In this document: piece after piece, positions 1 to 10,534 of the stretch
Layout: each line of letters opens with the position of its first letter
How positions within the stretch are numbered: the first letter of the stretch is position 1
IMG/VR virus record: IMGVR_UViG_3300044655_001100
Span: 1-64,000 of that record
Strand: one strand, 5' to 3'
Origin: a virus
Length of the DNA stretch: 64,000 nucleotides
The notes under the pieces: generated by a model
Database searches by the model: none
Told to the model about the DNA's origin: nothing
Seen by the model: only the letters and a program-made list of their open reading frames with translations
Made by a program: the position numbers and the translations under genes

Positions 1-8
1 TTGTTTAC

Positions 9-953
9 ATGAACGGATCGACCGATTATCTTTCGGTTCATGCAGATGCCTCCGTTAGCTATAATGTTGTCCCAAACAACTTCTGGTTCTCAGCTTCTCT
101 CACAAACCAGACACTGACAGAGGTTGTCGGCACAACGGCATCAGTCAGGGCGTCTATAAATGCGGCACAAGCTATTCCGCAGAACGTAATTACGAAAGTT
201 GCGCTTAATCAAGCCCAATTTGACCCGCAAAGCTGGCTGAACTACGCCAACAACCGGATTATCCCGACAATTCCGGGTTATTACCAATTCTCTTCTTTAG
301 GAAGTTGGCAGGTAACAACAGAGTTCAATCGTTCGATACAGGTTCGGAAGAACGGAGCTGCCATAACTGTGGCCGATACGTTCACTGCTGGCGGCACAAT
401 GGAACTGTCGGACGCCGTATATATGAACGGCTCGACAGACTATCTTGAACTGTATGTGTTCCAAGCTTCGGCTGCGGCTGTTAACCTTGACAATAACATT
501 GCATACACATTCTTCATTGTCTCCCTCGTCGGCGCTAATCAGGCGGTGCCTGCGGTCAGGGAGACAACAAGCGCATACGGAATTGGCTCCAACACCACCG
601 GGTCCAATCAATACGCGAATTGTGAACTTGATAACCTTCGGTTCTTCTGGAGAGGCGGCGGTGGTGCATCGGTCTTCATTTCTACGATTTCCGGAACGAC
701 GACCATTCAAGGTGCTTATGGCCGAAATGCTTACGGTGGTGGCGCGGATGCCTTGGGTCTTGCACCCGGAACCGGCAGTGGTCCTCTCACCGTTACGACG
801 ACGCCAGTAGCCCTCACGGTCAACTGGTCAACCATGGGCCAAATCATCGCAACATTCCGGGATATTGGTGCTGGAAGAAGCTATCAGATGAACGCTATCC
901 TTCAGCATAGCTACCAGAACAGCCAAATCTTCGTTAACCGCATCAGCGACTAA
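9..953 (+). CDS. Tail fibre / receptor-binding protein, C-terminal part (gene probably begins upstream of the window)
   Basis: Repeated C1q/TNF-like fibre module (MNGSTDYL twice; PTIPGYYQF) similar to 10535..11428. Confidence 0.65.
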   Translation: MNGSTDYLSVHADASVSYNVVPNNFWFSASLTNQTLTEVVGTTASVRASINAAQAIPQNVITKVALNQAQFDPQSWLNYANNRIIPTIPGYYQFSSLGSWQVTTEFNRSIQVRKNGAAITVADTFTAGGTMELSDAVYMNGSTDYLELYVFQASAAAVNLDNNIAYTFFIVSLVGANQAVPAVRETTSAYGIGSNTTGSNQYANCELDNLRFFWRGGGGASVFISTISGTTTIQGAYGRNAYGGGADALGLAPGTGSGPLTVTTTPVALTVNWSTMGQIIATFRDIGAGRSYQMNAILQHSYQNSQIFVNRISD

Positions 954-961
954 CAACAAAC

Positions 962-984
962 GGGCGGGAACCAACATCCCGCCC
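962..984 (+). terminator. GC-rich hairpin, possible terminator
   Basis: GGGCGGGA...TCCCGCCC right after the stop codon, followed by a pyrimidine-rich tract. Confidence 0.4.
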
Positions 985-1008
985 TCCTCTATTCTTAGGA
1001 GATAGGCC

Positions 1009-1293
1009 ATGAGCCTTTATGAAAAGATTATCGCAATTCATCCAGAACTAAAGCCAGAAGATTTTCATCCAGCCACTGGCTCAATCCTTTTGCAGGATGA
1101 CAGTGATGGCTTCGGACCGCATATTGCCAAGTGGGAACATCCTACACTTGCTCAGCCTTCTGATTCAGAACTCGGCATTACCCGCAATCCTGCGACCGTA
1201 ATCATTGAAGGCGAGATCATTCAACCAGCGCCAATGATTACAAGTGATAAAGTAATTGACATGACAGCACTTATGTCTGCTCCAACTGAGTAA
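1009..1293 (+). CDS. XkdW-like fibre-associated protein
   Basis: LQDDSDGxGPxIAKW...P pattern typical of XkdW; AGGAGA SD. Confidence 0.65.
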   Translation: MSLYEKIIAIHPELKPEDFHPATGSILLQDDSDGFGPHIAKWEHPTLAQPSDSELGITRNPATVIIEGEIIQPAPMITSDKVIDMTALMSAPTE

Positions 1294-1326
1294 TATAGCT
1301 GACATTTTTCCAATAGGATTTTGAGA

Positions 1327-3675
1327 ATGAGTAATCTTCCGATATCGGGCTTGCCAACAGGCTTACCAGTCAGCGACACAGATTTGCTGGCTGATACACA
1401 GGCTAGTGGCACAGGTCCGGTACAGATTACAGCTTCCGGTCTCAAAACCTATATTGGAAATGGGTTGACACTTACGAATGCCGTTATTAACAGCCCGTTC
1501 TCCATCAATGGCGTTAATTATTCTTGGCCATCATCAAACGGGCCTTCTGGTTCTGTCATCACGAATGATGGGGCAGGAAACCTAACATGGTCGCTTAACC
1601 CGCTTGCTGGAACAGTTACATCAGTTAATGTTTCTGGTGGCTTGACAGGTCTGACAACTATTAACGGCCCTATTACTTCTGTAGGCACGATTGACCTTGC
1701 GGGTGTCTTGAATGTCGCTCACGGCGGCACTGGTGGCACAAATCGCACATCAGCGATGATGAATATTCTGCCGCCTATTAGCTCAACGACAGCGGCTTAT
1801 GCCTTATTCAACGATGGCATTGGCACATATTATTGGGCGTATGCAGGTGGTGGTAGCGCACCGGGTGTTCTGAATATTTCTACTGGAACAACTGGTCTGC
1901 TTGCGAACGGTTCATCTGGAAACGTAAACGGAAATGTTCTGCTTAGCGGCGTTTTGAAGGTCAGCAATGGCGGCACTGGTATTTCCTCTCTTGGGGCTGC
2001 TGGTCAAGTTCTGACATCAGACCCACTTATGTCCAATACAACAGCAGTTTGGGACTACCCTAGAGCGGCTGGCGCTGACGGCGAAATCCAATTCAATAAT
2101 GCAGATAGGTTTGCTGCGTCTCCAAATTTTACATTTGCTGACGGTCTTTATGCTACTCTTACTCTAGGCAAATCTGGTTCAGCTAACGGCGATTTGAGAC
2201 TGCAAAATATTTTATCGCCAACTGGACATGTCCGTATTACTGTTGATCCAAATTCGACTACTTCTTGGATGCTTACCCTTCCAACTGATGGCGGTTCAGT
2301 TGGTCAGGTTCTGACGACAGATGGCACGGGAATAACAAGCTGGACGACACCTCCGAGCGGTATCGAAGTCGGCGTCACGACAATCACGAGCGGAACGGCT
2401 GGCTCTATCCCATACAATAACGGAACGGTTTATTCCGAAGACAACGCCAATCTGTTTTGGGACGACACGGCAAAACAACTGTCGATTGGCACAAACACAA
2501 CTGCAACAACCCCCGCAGACATTCAGCTTCAGGTTGTAAAAGATGCGCTGATTGCAGGTATGACGGTTGGTCTGGGCCCTGCTCAGGGTGCGACGAATAC
2601 AGCAGTTGGTAAGTCTGTTCTTGCTGCGAATACGGTTGACGGCAATCTGACAGGCATCGGCGTTGAGGCCCTTACAGCGAATACTAGCGGCATTAGGAAC
2701 ACCGCCGTTGGTTATCAGTCTGCATACAGCAACACGATAGGCAACCAAAACACCGCATTCGGAGCCTATGCTTTATATTACAACGATGCGGACAATAATA
2801 CAGGCTTAGGGTTCCAAGCATGTTCTTTTAATGTTTCTGGGACAAACAACACGGCTGTCGGCGCAAATACATTAGCGGCTTCCGGCGCGGACAGTCAAAA
2901 CACGGCTGTCGGATCAAATGTATTGAATGCGTTTACCGGCGGTAACAACAACACAGCGGTCGGCGCATTTGCAGCGCAGGTTTTGCAGGGCGGCACAGAC
3001 AATACATTTATTGGCGCTAACGCTTCTGGAATTTCAAACACAAGCGTAGACAGAAATACCGGCGTTGGCAGTCGTTCTCTGGAAAATACAAGCAGTAGCA
3101 ACAACACGGCTGTCGGCGTAGAATCCTTACAGTCAAATACTGCAAATACTGGCGGTAACACGGCTGTTGGTTATCGTTCGCTCAGAAACTGTCAGGGAGC
3201 AAGAAATACGTCCATTGGACGCCTTGCGATGTCTTTTGACACCGTAACGGGAGCCGAAAATACGGCGCTCGGCATTAGCGCACTCGGTTCTCTTACCTCA
3301 GGTAATTACAATACCGCCCTTGGAAAAAGCGCTGGTTTTGGCATAACAAGCGGATCAAGCAATACATTAGTCGGTGCATATGACGCTGGTGCGGCCCCAA
3401 TAAGTGGGACGGGAAGCAATTACATTGTTCTGTCTGATGGCGATGGAAACGTCCCAGTTTTTTGGGAAGGCTTAACAAGAAATCAAATTTGCAACGGTCC
3501 TGTTGTAACCCAAGGATATACCGTTGCTGGTTTAGCTGCTATAGCATCTCCTATTGTTGGAATGCGTGTTCATGTGACTGATGCAAATGCTCCATCGTTT
3601 TTGGCAACGCTTGCTGGCGGTGGTTCGATTAGATGCCCTGCGTTTTATGATGGCACAAACTGGGTAGCTGGCTAA
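1327..3675 (+). CDS. Tail fibre protein with NTAVG beta-roll repeats
   Basis: Gly/Thr-rich; xxGGTG and VLTTDGxG segments, then ~20 NTA(V/L)G repeats; ATG at 1327 preferred to TTG at 1321. Confidence 0.8.
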   Translation: MSNLPISGLPTGLPVSDTDLLADTQASGTGPVQITASGLKTYIGNGLTLTNAVINSPFSINGVNYSWPSSNGPSGSVITNDGAGNLTWSLNPLAGTVTSVNVSGGLTGLTTINGPITSVGTIDLAGVLNVAHGGTGGTNRTSAMMNILPPISSTTAAYALFNDGIGTYYWAYAGGGSAPGVLNISTGTTGLLANGSSGNVNGNVLLSGVLKVSNGGTGISSLGAAGQVLTSDPLMSNTTAVWDYPRAAGADGEIQFNNADRFAASPNFTFADGLYATLTLGKSGSANGDLRLQNILSPTGHVRITVDPNSTTSWMLTLPTDGGSVGQVLTTDGTGITSWTTPPSGIEVGVTTITSGTAGSIPYNNGTVYSEDNANLFWDDTAKQLSIGTNTTATTPADIQLQVVKDALIAGMTVGLGPAQGATNTAVGKSVLAANTVDGNLTGIGVEALTANTSGIRNTAVGYQSAYSNTIGNQNTAFGAYALYYNDADNNTGLGFQACSFNVSGTNNTAVGANTLAASGADSQNTAVGSNVLNAFTGGNNNTAVGAFAAQVLQGGTDNTFIGANASGISNTSVDRNTGVGSRSLENTSSSNNTAVGVESLQSNTANTGGNTAVGYRSLRNCQGARNTSIGRLAMSFDTVTGAENTALGISALGSLTSGNYNTALGKSAGFGITSGSSNTLVGAYDAGAAPISGTGSNYIVLSDGDGNVPVFWEGLTRNQICNGPVVTQGYTVAGLAAIASPIVGMRVHVTDANAPSFLATLAGGGSIRCPAFYDGTNWVAG

Positions 3676-4385
3676 TGGCTCTTAATGACAATCTTAGCAA
3701 CAGCTGGAATTTCGATCCTTCATTAGGTGAGATTATCTTAGGCGCATATGCTAGGTGCGGAATACGAAGAACCGAAATCACAACACAAATGATGGCGGAT
3801 GCCCGTTTTGAAGCCAATCTTGTAATGTCAGATTGGCAAGGAGATGGGTTAAACACGTATCAAGTTGAGTTAGTAACTCAGAATATTTTTAATGGGGAAG
3901 ACGCATATGTTATCCCCAATACAACAGTATTCACTCTTGATATGTATATCCGCCAGAATCCAGATCAGGCAAATCCAACGGACAGATTGATTATTCCAAT
4001 TAGCCGCAGTGACTATGCCGCAATCTCTAACAAAAAGATGCCGGGATTTCCAACGTCAGTTTGGATAGATCGTCAGTTACAGCCGATAGCTTATCTCTGG
4101 CCAGTTCCTAATTTTGATATTGTTAACGGACTGCAATATTACGTTCAAAAGCGTTCTATGGACAGTAATACAGTTAACGGCGAACAAGTTCAGATGCCGT
4201 TTGAAGCGTATGATGCATATGTGTGGTGCTTAGCTGAGAGGTTGGCATACATATATAGTCCTGATAGAATTGCTATGATACTGCCACGTAAGCAGCAAGC
4301 CTATCAAAGGATGTTACAGGCTACCACGGAGAACACACCGCTCGATTTTCAGGTCGAAGTGGGTTCATATTTTAGGGTTGGGTAA
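3675..4385 (+). CDS. Putative head-tail adaptor / tail tubular-type protein
   Basis: ISRSDYAAISNK...PTS...LWPVP pattern seen in podovirus adaptors; coupled to upstream gene. Confidence 0.55.
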   Translation: MALNDNLSNSWNFDPSLGEIILGAYARCGIRRTEITTQMMADARFEANLVMSDWQGDGLNTYQVELVTQNIFNGEDAYVIPNTTVFTLDMYIRQNPDQANPTDRLIIPISRSDYAAISNKKMPGFPTSVWIDRQLQPIAYLWPVPNFDIVNGLQYYVQKRSMDSNTVNGEQVQMPFEAYDAYVWCLAERLAYIYSPDRIAMILPRKQQAYQRMLQATTENTPLDFQVEVGSYFRVG

Positions 4386-4389
4386 GCGT

Positions 4390-5121
4390 ATGCTTCAAGA
4401 GGCTGCTGCATACAAAAGTAAATGGCAGAAGGCCCAACGTGCTCGTTTGAAAAGCGGGTGCGTTAATGATTCTTATGTATATGTGCATCTTGCGGAAGAC
4501 AGCGGTGAACCGTTTTATGTTGGTATTGGGCATACTGTGGGCAGGCCTTGGGATAAAACATGTCGCACTATTGAACACAGAAAAAATATAAGAGAACATG
4601 GTTATCAAGTAGAAATTATTATTGATAATGTAACAGAAGACACGGCACTTTACTGGGAAAGAACATGGATAAAATCACTTCGTTTGCAAGGTTTTAATCT
4701 AGAAAATAAAGCATCTGGAGGACAGCGCGGCTGGAGACATACAGAAGATTCTCGCCGCAAAATGTCTGAAAATAATTCTATGCGGAATAATGAATTTCGA
4801 AAAAACCAAAAACTTGGTGCTATCGTAGCATGGGAATCTCCAGAAAGAAAAGAAAACCTTTCGCGTAATAATCCTATGAAAGATCCAGAAATTGCGGAAA
4901 AGAACGCTTCCTTGCGCCGAGGAAAAGAACTTCCTTCAATGAAAGGAGGATTGCATCCTCGTGCTCAAAAAATAATAGAAATTGATGACAATAAATTATT
5001 TAATTCTATAAAAGAAGCTGCTGATTATTATGGATTAAAAAGTGTTGATATTTGTGCTGTCTGCAAAGGAAGGCAAAAAACAACAGGCAAGCGTATATTT
5101 AAATATGTAGAGGAGGCGTAA
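4390..5121 (+). CDS. GIY-YIG homing endonuclease with NUMOD3/NUMOD1-like DNA-binding repeats
   Basis: YVYVH...FYVGIG, E...N of GIY-YIG; HTEDSRRKMS (NUMOD3); FNSIKEAADYYG (NUMOD1); AT-rich. Confidence 0.85.
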   Translation: MLQEAAAYKSKWQKAQRARLKSGCVNDSYVYVHLAEDSGEPFYVGIGHTVGRPWDKTCRTIEHRKNIREHGYQVEIIIDNVTEDTALYWERTWIKSLRLQGFNLENKASGGQRGWRHTEDSRRKMSENNSMRNNEFRKNQKLGAIVAWESPERKENLSRNNPMKDPEIAEKNASLRRGKELPSMKGGLHPRAQKIIEIDDNKLFNSIKEAADYYGLKSVDICAVCKGRQKTTGKRIFKYVEEA

Positions 5122-5122
5122 C

Positions 5123-6475
5123 ATGGCGTACGCTTCAATTTGCGGAAAAGCTGTAGCAAACGTAAATTCACCTGTTGCTTTCGCGACATGTGATAGATGT
5201 GCATCCGTCTATAATCACAATCAATTACGGTGGCAATACGATTACCGAGGCAGAACACTTCAAAATCTCCGCATACTTGTCTGCGAGAGGTGTGAAGACG
5301 AAGGACAGCCACAATTAAAACCAAGAATTTTGCCACCAGACCCGGTCAGCATCGCAAACGCAAGACCTTATCCTTATTGCTACGCAGAAGAAGACGACAG
5401 ATTTACAACCAACCCTGCGCTTCCTAATGTTGATTTAGGAACGACGGCAAATATTACGTTAGCCGGTTTTCAATTTGTTGATGGCGTCCAGTGTGTTGGC
5501 GGCGAATTAGTCCTTGTCAAAAACCAGACTGATGCTACCAAGAATGGTATCTACAAAGTATCGTCAGGTCTTTGGGTTTTACAAGGCTATAACAATGACA
5601 CCAAGAAATGGTTTAGTGTCGATCTGAATGAGATCACTTATTATTTCGAGCTTGGTTATTATCAAGGCGCGGTGAATGTTGCTCGTGGGTTAACACAATA
5701 CGCCAAGCTGTTTCAGATCACATTTGATCCGAATGGATTGTTGGCGACGGGCACAGCTGTAACGGCTGCTATTGTTAGTGCAAGTCTTGTCAATCATTAT
5801 GATTTTTATACCGGCATCTACATGGAAGGTGCCGACGAGCGTATTACTGAAACTCTTGATGTCAGAACAACGCAACAGACTGGCGCGGCCCCTGGCAGCT
5901 TGAATGAAATCCCAGGTTACTCAAACATCGTCCCTGGGTGGTGCTTGATTGGCAGGCCAAACCAGAACCCATATGGTTGTGGCTCAAAGATTGGATTGCC
6001 CCCTGGGTTTGATAGTCTGCCATTTGCTGGCCCATTAGCGCCGACATTACAGAATCAGTCGATTAATTATTGGTATAATGATATACTTCAGCCGTATCAG
6101 TGGATCGGTGCGAATAACGTTACAGCGACATGGTATCCGAATGACTGGTGGCCAAACCCAGGACCAGGGGCACCATGGAATCCGATTGCCTTAATGAATC
6201 AAGCAAACAGCTGGATTAACAATGTAAATCTGGTTGATTTTTGGGGTAATAACTTGAATCAACAGGTAGATTGGGGTAATTATTTAGCTCAGCCAATCTT
6301 CCCACCAGGCGGCGAAATTCTGTGGACCAACGACAAGTGCGAATTGGTATTGTGGCATGATACGCGACAACCACCGCAGCCGTTGCCTAACCCGTTGATT
6401 ACGGGCGTTGCAGGTTTCAATGTCAACTTTGGGGTTATTTATCCAAATACTTTGCCGCCAATAGGGTTAAATTAA
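5123..6475 (+). CDS. Virion protein: N-terminal CxxC/CxxC domain fused to a fibre module and a Trp/Asn-rich tail
   Basis: CDRC...VCERC; VDGV...VLVKNQ...NGIY module also present in 11906..17179. Confidence 0.6.
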   Translation: MAYASICGKAVANVNSPVAFATCDRCASVYNHNQLRWQYDYRGRTLQNLRILVCERCEDEGQPQLKPRILPPDPVSIANARPYPYCYAEEDDRFTTNPALPNVDLGTTANITLAGFQFVDGVQCVGGELVLVKNQTDATKNGIYKVSSGLWVLQGYNNDTKKWFSVDLNEITYYFELGYYQGAVNVARGLTQYAKLFQITFDPNGLLATGTAVTAAIVSASLVNHYDFYTGIYMEGADERITETLDVRTTQQTGAAPGSLNEIPGYSNIVPGWCLIGRPNQNPYGCGSKIGLPPGFDSLPFAGPLAPTLQNQSINYWYNDILQPYQWIGANNVTATWYPNDWWPNPGPGAPWNPIALMNQANSWINNVNLVDFWGNNLNQQVDWGNYLAQPIFPPGGEILWTNDKCELVLWHDTRQPPQPLPNPLITGVAGFNVNFGVIYPNTLPPIGLN

Positions 6476-7101
6476 TGACTAATCTTTCAGGCTCATTTGT
6501 ATATTGCCATCTGAAGGCAGATTCAGATGAGCCTTTTTATGTTGGCATAGGCACCAATGTTAAGCGCCCATGGGATATGCACAACGGGCGTTCGCAATGG
6601 CATAAGGATACTGTTAAAAAACACGGCGTTCGGGTTGAAATAATCATTGACGAACTTGATCGTAAAACGGCAAAATTTTGGGAAGTTAAATGGATTAAGG
6701 CTCTTAAAGATTCTGGGTATAAATTAGTTAATATGACTTCTGGAGGCGATGGCTTGAATGGTATGAGCCTTTCGCAAGAAACTAAAAATAAAATAAGCTT
6801 ATCGCTTTTATCTAAAGGAGAAAATCATCATAGTAAATCTCCTGAGCATAGAGCTAAAAATAGTTCTAGACAAAAGGCTAATTCAGAAAATCATATTATG
6901 AAATTGCCTGAAAAAAGAGAATGGAAAAAGCAAGAATGGGAAGAAAAGTTTGGCGGTAGCCCTATGCTTATTCCAGAAATAGCTAAAAAAGTAAGTGTTA
7001 CAAGAAAAGCCCAATGGGCAACGTTAGAATTCCGCATGAAAATGCTCCCAAGTTCGTGGTACAATTCAAATGTCCGCGATAAATTTTATTGGGGAGCCTA
7101 G
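6475..7101 (+). CDS. GIY-YIG homing endonuclease
   Basis: FVYCH...FYVGIG...RPWD...WE..WIK..LVN; paralog of 4390..5121; NUMOD3-like SQETKNKIS. Confidence 0.85.
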   Translation: MTNLSGSFVYCHLKADSDEPFYVGIGTNVKRPWDMHNGRSQWHKDTVKKHGVRVEIIIDELDRKTAKFWEVKWIKALKDSGYKLVNMTSGGDGLNGMSLSQETKNKISLSLLSKGENHHSKSPEHRAKNSSRQKANSENHIMKLPEKREWKKQEWEEKFGGSPMLIPEIAKKVSVTRKAQWATLEFRMKMLPSSWYNSNVRDKFYWGA

Positions 7102-7104
7102 CTA

Positions 7105-8313
7105 ATGGCCGTTCCTTATATCTTCAGCCAATATTTAGGAGGCGGTGGAATCCCGTTGGCGCAGCTGGATGCCAACTTTGCCTATTTGACGAGCGGTAAT
7201 CCTGTACTCACTAATTTAACCTTGACAGGCAATCTTACGGTTGCTGGCACATCTACTTTTAATGGCACAACGGCGATTAATGGCCCACTGACGATTGATG
7301 GATTTAGTGTCAACCCAACAGGTGTTACGGGAACGGGCCTTCTTGTATTTAATACAGGTCCAACTCTTGTTGCTCCGAACCTTGGAACGCCTGCAAGCGC
7401 AAATTTGGCAAACTGCACCAACCTACCGATTAGCACAGGTGTTTCTGGGTTGGGTGCTGGCGTTGCGACTGCACTGTCGAATGCGCCAGACACTGCTGGC
7501 GGATTTATTACATATTCATCAAATACGACGGTTCCGACGGGTGCGGTATTCCATTTTGCTGCGCCAGCCATTCCACCTGGTTATTTAGTTTGTAATGGCG
7601 CTGGATATAGCACGGCTGTTTATCCTGCGTTGTTTGCTGTTATTGGATATACGTTTGGTGGTTCTGCGGGAACATTTAATGTCCCAAATTTAACGGGCGC
7701 ATTTATTCGTGGCGTTGGTGGCAATGCTGCTGCTTTGGGTGTCTTACAGCAAGATGGATTTGAGACACATAATCATAATTTAACCGATCCTGGTCATGAT
7801 CATACGCACACCGACCCTGGACATACGCATACTGTAACAGACCCTGGTCATACGCACACGATCAACGACCCTAGCCATAATCATACTGTAACCGATCCTG
7901 GGCATAATCACAGTATCAACGACCCAAGTCATACTCATGGCGCATCATCAAGTGATTCTGGCCACCTTCATGACATAAGTGGCACAGGGCCGAATGCAAA
8001 TGGCGGCGGTGCTGGCTGGCTTGTAAACCCTCAGGGGTTTATTACGCAAACTTTAACTGGCTTTGCAAACATTACCACAAGCATTGCAGGCGCATTAACG
8101 GGCGTATCCAATAACGCAAATGTGACGGGCGTAAGCAATGTTGCGAATACAACGGGCGTTACAAACAATACAAACACGACAGGCGTGACGAACGATACGA
8201 ATACGACTGGCATTACGAACGATGATAATACGACAGGCATTACGATAGACAATACGGGCATTAACGAAACAAGGCCATATAACATGGCGTTAGTTCCCGC
8301 GATTAAATACTGA
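7105..8313 (+). CDS. Tail collar-domain fibre with long HxH needle
   Basis: Collar motif PTGAV..FA..IPPGYLVCNG...YPALFAVIG; DPGHxH repeats; ETRPxNxA C-terminus. Confidence 0.85.
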   Translation: MAVPYIFSQYLGGGGIPLAQLDANFAYLTSGNPVLTNLTLTGNLTVAGTSTFNGTTAINGPLTIDGFSVNPTGVTGTGLLVFNTGPTLVAPNLGTPASANLANCTNLPISTGVSGLGAGVATALSNAPDTAGGFITYSSNTTVPTGAVFHFAAPAIPPGYLVCNGAGYSTAVYPALFAVIGYTFGGSAGTFNVPNLTGAFIRGVGGNAAALGVLQQDGFETHNHNLTDPGHDHTHTDPGHTHTVTDPGHTHTINDPSHNHTVTDPGHNHSINDPSHTHGASSSDSGHLHDISGTGPNANGGGAGWLVNPQGFITQTLTGFANITTSIAGALTGVSNNANVTGVSNVANTTGVTNNTNTTGVTNDTNTTGITNDDNTTGITIDNTGINETRPYNMALVPAIKY

Positions 8314-8323
8314 GGAATAGATA

Positions 8324-9085
8324 ATGGCTGTAGTTCCTTACCAATTTGCATCGTATCCGGGTGGACAAACGATACCTTTGTCCCAGCTCGATGCAAACTT
8401 TGCCTATCTCGCCAATGGCAATGCAACATTTTCTAACTTAGTTGTTAACGGCCAGATCACATTTAACGGCACTCCGATAACGGGCGTTTCTGGAACGGGC
8501 CTTATGGTCCTATCCAACGGCGCTAGTCTTGTTTCGCCAACGCTAACAAACGCAACCCTTATCAATCCTGCTCTTGGAACGCCTATCTCTGGCACTTTGA
8601 CAAACTGCACTGGGTTGCCGTTGACTGGCTTGACAGGTTTAGGCACAGGCGTTCGCACAGCTTTAGGCTTGGCTGTTAATTCAGCGAATGGATTGCTGAC
8701 CTATCCATCGCCAGCTGGAACTGTTGGCCAAGTATTGACGTTGAATAGTTCTGGCGTTCCAGTATGGGGCCCAGGTGGCACGACTGTTGCGATCACGAAT
8801 GATGTTTCGACGGCTGCGGATGAGTTTCCATTATTTGCAAATACATCATCTGGTATTGCCACTACGGTATATACCTCCAGCCCGAATTACACGTATAATC
8901 CAGCAACTGGCGTATTGGTTTCTCCACGGCCTGCATCGTCATCTGGATTTTATTTATGTGCGCAGAATATTGTTGCTAGTTATACGATCCCAGCTGGGTA
9001 TAATGCTCAATCTACGGGTCCAATAGCTCTCGCAGCAGGCGTAATTATCACAGTCCCCGCAGGCGCTGCGTGGGTCGTCGTTTAA
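8324..9085 (+). CDS. Fibre adaptor protein
   Basis: N-terminus shared with 7105 (IPLxQLDANFAYL); C-terminal YTIPAG...VPAG..WVVV domain. Confidence 0.7.
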   Translation: MAVVPYQFASYPGGQTIPLSQLDANFAYLANGNATFSNLVVNGQITFNGTPITGVSGTGLMVLSNGASLVSPTLTNATLINPALGTPISGTLTNCTGLPLTGLTGLGTGVRTALGLAVNSANGLLTYPSPAGTVGQVLTLNSSGVPVWGPGGTTVAITNDVSTAADEFPLFANTSSGIATTVYTSSPNYTYNPATGVLVSPRPASSSGFYLCAQNIVASYTIPAGYNAQSTGPIALAAGVIITVPAGAAWVVV

Positions 9086-9100
9086 TAAGAGGTTACTAAA

Positions 9101-10519
9101 ATGGTCGCTAAAGTAATTGCAGACACGTTCGTCGCATCAGGCGGCACACCGAATAATATTACGCTCGATACGGCGGGTAATGTCACGATTGGCAATGGCC
9201 TTATATCAACAGCTGATGCGACGATTAATGGCGTTCGTGTCGGCAATGGCGGCGGCGATATTGCGACGAACACCGCTGTTGGCGCTAGTGCTTTGACGGC
9301 AAATACCGCAGGCACCAACAACGTCGCCGTTGGCGCTAGTGCTTTGGCGGCGAATACGAGCGATCATAACGTCGCTGTAGGCTCCGGCGCTCTTGCATTA
9401 AATGTTGGAGGAACGCAAAATGTTGCAGTAGGAAGCGCTGCCCTTGCATCTAACATATCTTCAAACAATAACATCGCTATAGGACGTTTGGCTCTTAACT
9501 CAACTACCAGCGGAAACAATGTCGCCGTTGGTAGCCAGTCGCTTCAGGCAAATGTCAGCGGAACCAATAACTGTGCTTTAGGTGGCGGGACTCTTCGCCT
9601 TAATACCTCCGGTGTAAATAATACAGCTGTAGGTAATCAGGCTTTATTTAACAACAATGCGAACGGAAATTCTGCGATTGGTTTTGCAGCTCTGTATAGC
9701 AACACTACCGGCACACCGAATACAGCTGTTGGATATCAAGCCCTCAACCTCAACGTCTCCGGCACCAACAACGTCGCTGTTGGTGACAGTGCTTTGGCGG
9801 CGAATACGGGGAGCCAGAATACAGCAGTTGGTAGTCTTGCGCTTAGAGATAATATCGGAGGTCAGGGCAACTGTGGTTTTGGATATGGCGCTGGTACTAT
9901 CACAACCACTGGTAATTATAATATTTCCATTGGTTTTACAGCTTTAAATCAAAATTCGACTGGCAGTAATAATGTCGCAATTGGCGGTGGAGCATTATAT
10001 GCTAATACTTCAGATAATAATACAGCCGTTGGATTTAATTCTCTTATAAGTAATACCACAGGAATTAACAATGCGGCATTTGGTGTTAATTCTGGGGCTG
10101 ATGCTCTTATTAACCTCACAACACAAAATAACTACGTTGTCCTCGGCAACAATTCCACACAATTCCTCTACTGCAAAACAGCGACAATCACGACATCTGA
10201 CGTTCGTGATAAGATTGTTGACGGTGCTGTTCCACACGGATTAAGCTTTGTTAATCAAATCAACCCGATCAGCTACAAGTTTAAGGCAGAACGCGAAGAT
10301 ACAGTTGCTCAAGAAAACGAGCCGGTTCGATACGGCTTCTCCGCTCAAGAAATTCTCGCACTTGAGGGTGATAATCCAGCCATTATTGAGGCATCAAACC
10401 CTGATAAACTGGCATTTAACAGCGCCTATTTAATTCCTGTGCTTGTTAACGCGATCAAAGAACTCTCGGCCAAGAACGATGCTCTTGAGGCCCGTCTTGC
10501 TGCATTAGAATCTAAGTAA
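9101..10519 (+). CDS. Tail fibre with NTAVG repeats and C-terminal peptidase S74 intramolecular chaperone
   Basis: TSDVRDK...YGFSAQE...LVNAIKEL plus coiled coil. Confidence 0.85.
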   Translation: MVAKVIADTFVASGGTPNNITLDTAGNVTIGNGLISTADATINGVRVGNGGGDIATNTAVGASALTANTAGTNNVAVGASALAANTSDHNVAVGSGALALNVGGTQNVAVGSAALASNISSNNNIAIGRLALNSTTSGNNVAVGSQSLQANVSGTNNCALGGGTLRLNTSGVNNTAVGNQALFNNNANGNSAIGFAALYSNTTGTPNTAVGYQALNLNVSGTNNVAVGDSALAANTGSQNTAVGSLALRDNIGGQGNCGFGYGAGTITTTGNYNISIGFTALNQNSTGSNNVAIGGGALYANTSDNNTAVGFNSLISNTTGINNAAFGVNSGADALINLTTQNNYVVLGNNSTQFLYCKTATITTSDVRDKIVDGAVPHGLSFVNQINPISYKFKAEREDTVAQENEPVRYGFSAQEILALEGDNPAIIEASNPDKLAFNSAYLIPVLVNAIKELSAKNDALEARLAALESK

Positions 10520-10534
10520 TAAGGACACACTACC

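Noticed and set aside
4390-7101. Homing endonucleases inside group I introns
   Set aside because: The ORFs abut complete neighbouring genes and leave no room for an intron core.
9083-9101. Stop-codon readthrough joining W.VV adaptors to the next fibre
   Set aside because: In frame only at this junction, with a double TAA; the other two junctions are out of frame and each downstream gene has its own SD.
9311-9808. 48-bp near-duplicate in the S74 fibre gene as a DGR template/variable repeat pair
   Set aside because: Mismatches are not adenine-specific, both copies are in-frame protein repeats, and no reverse transcriptase is in the window.
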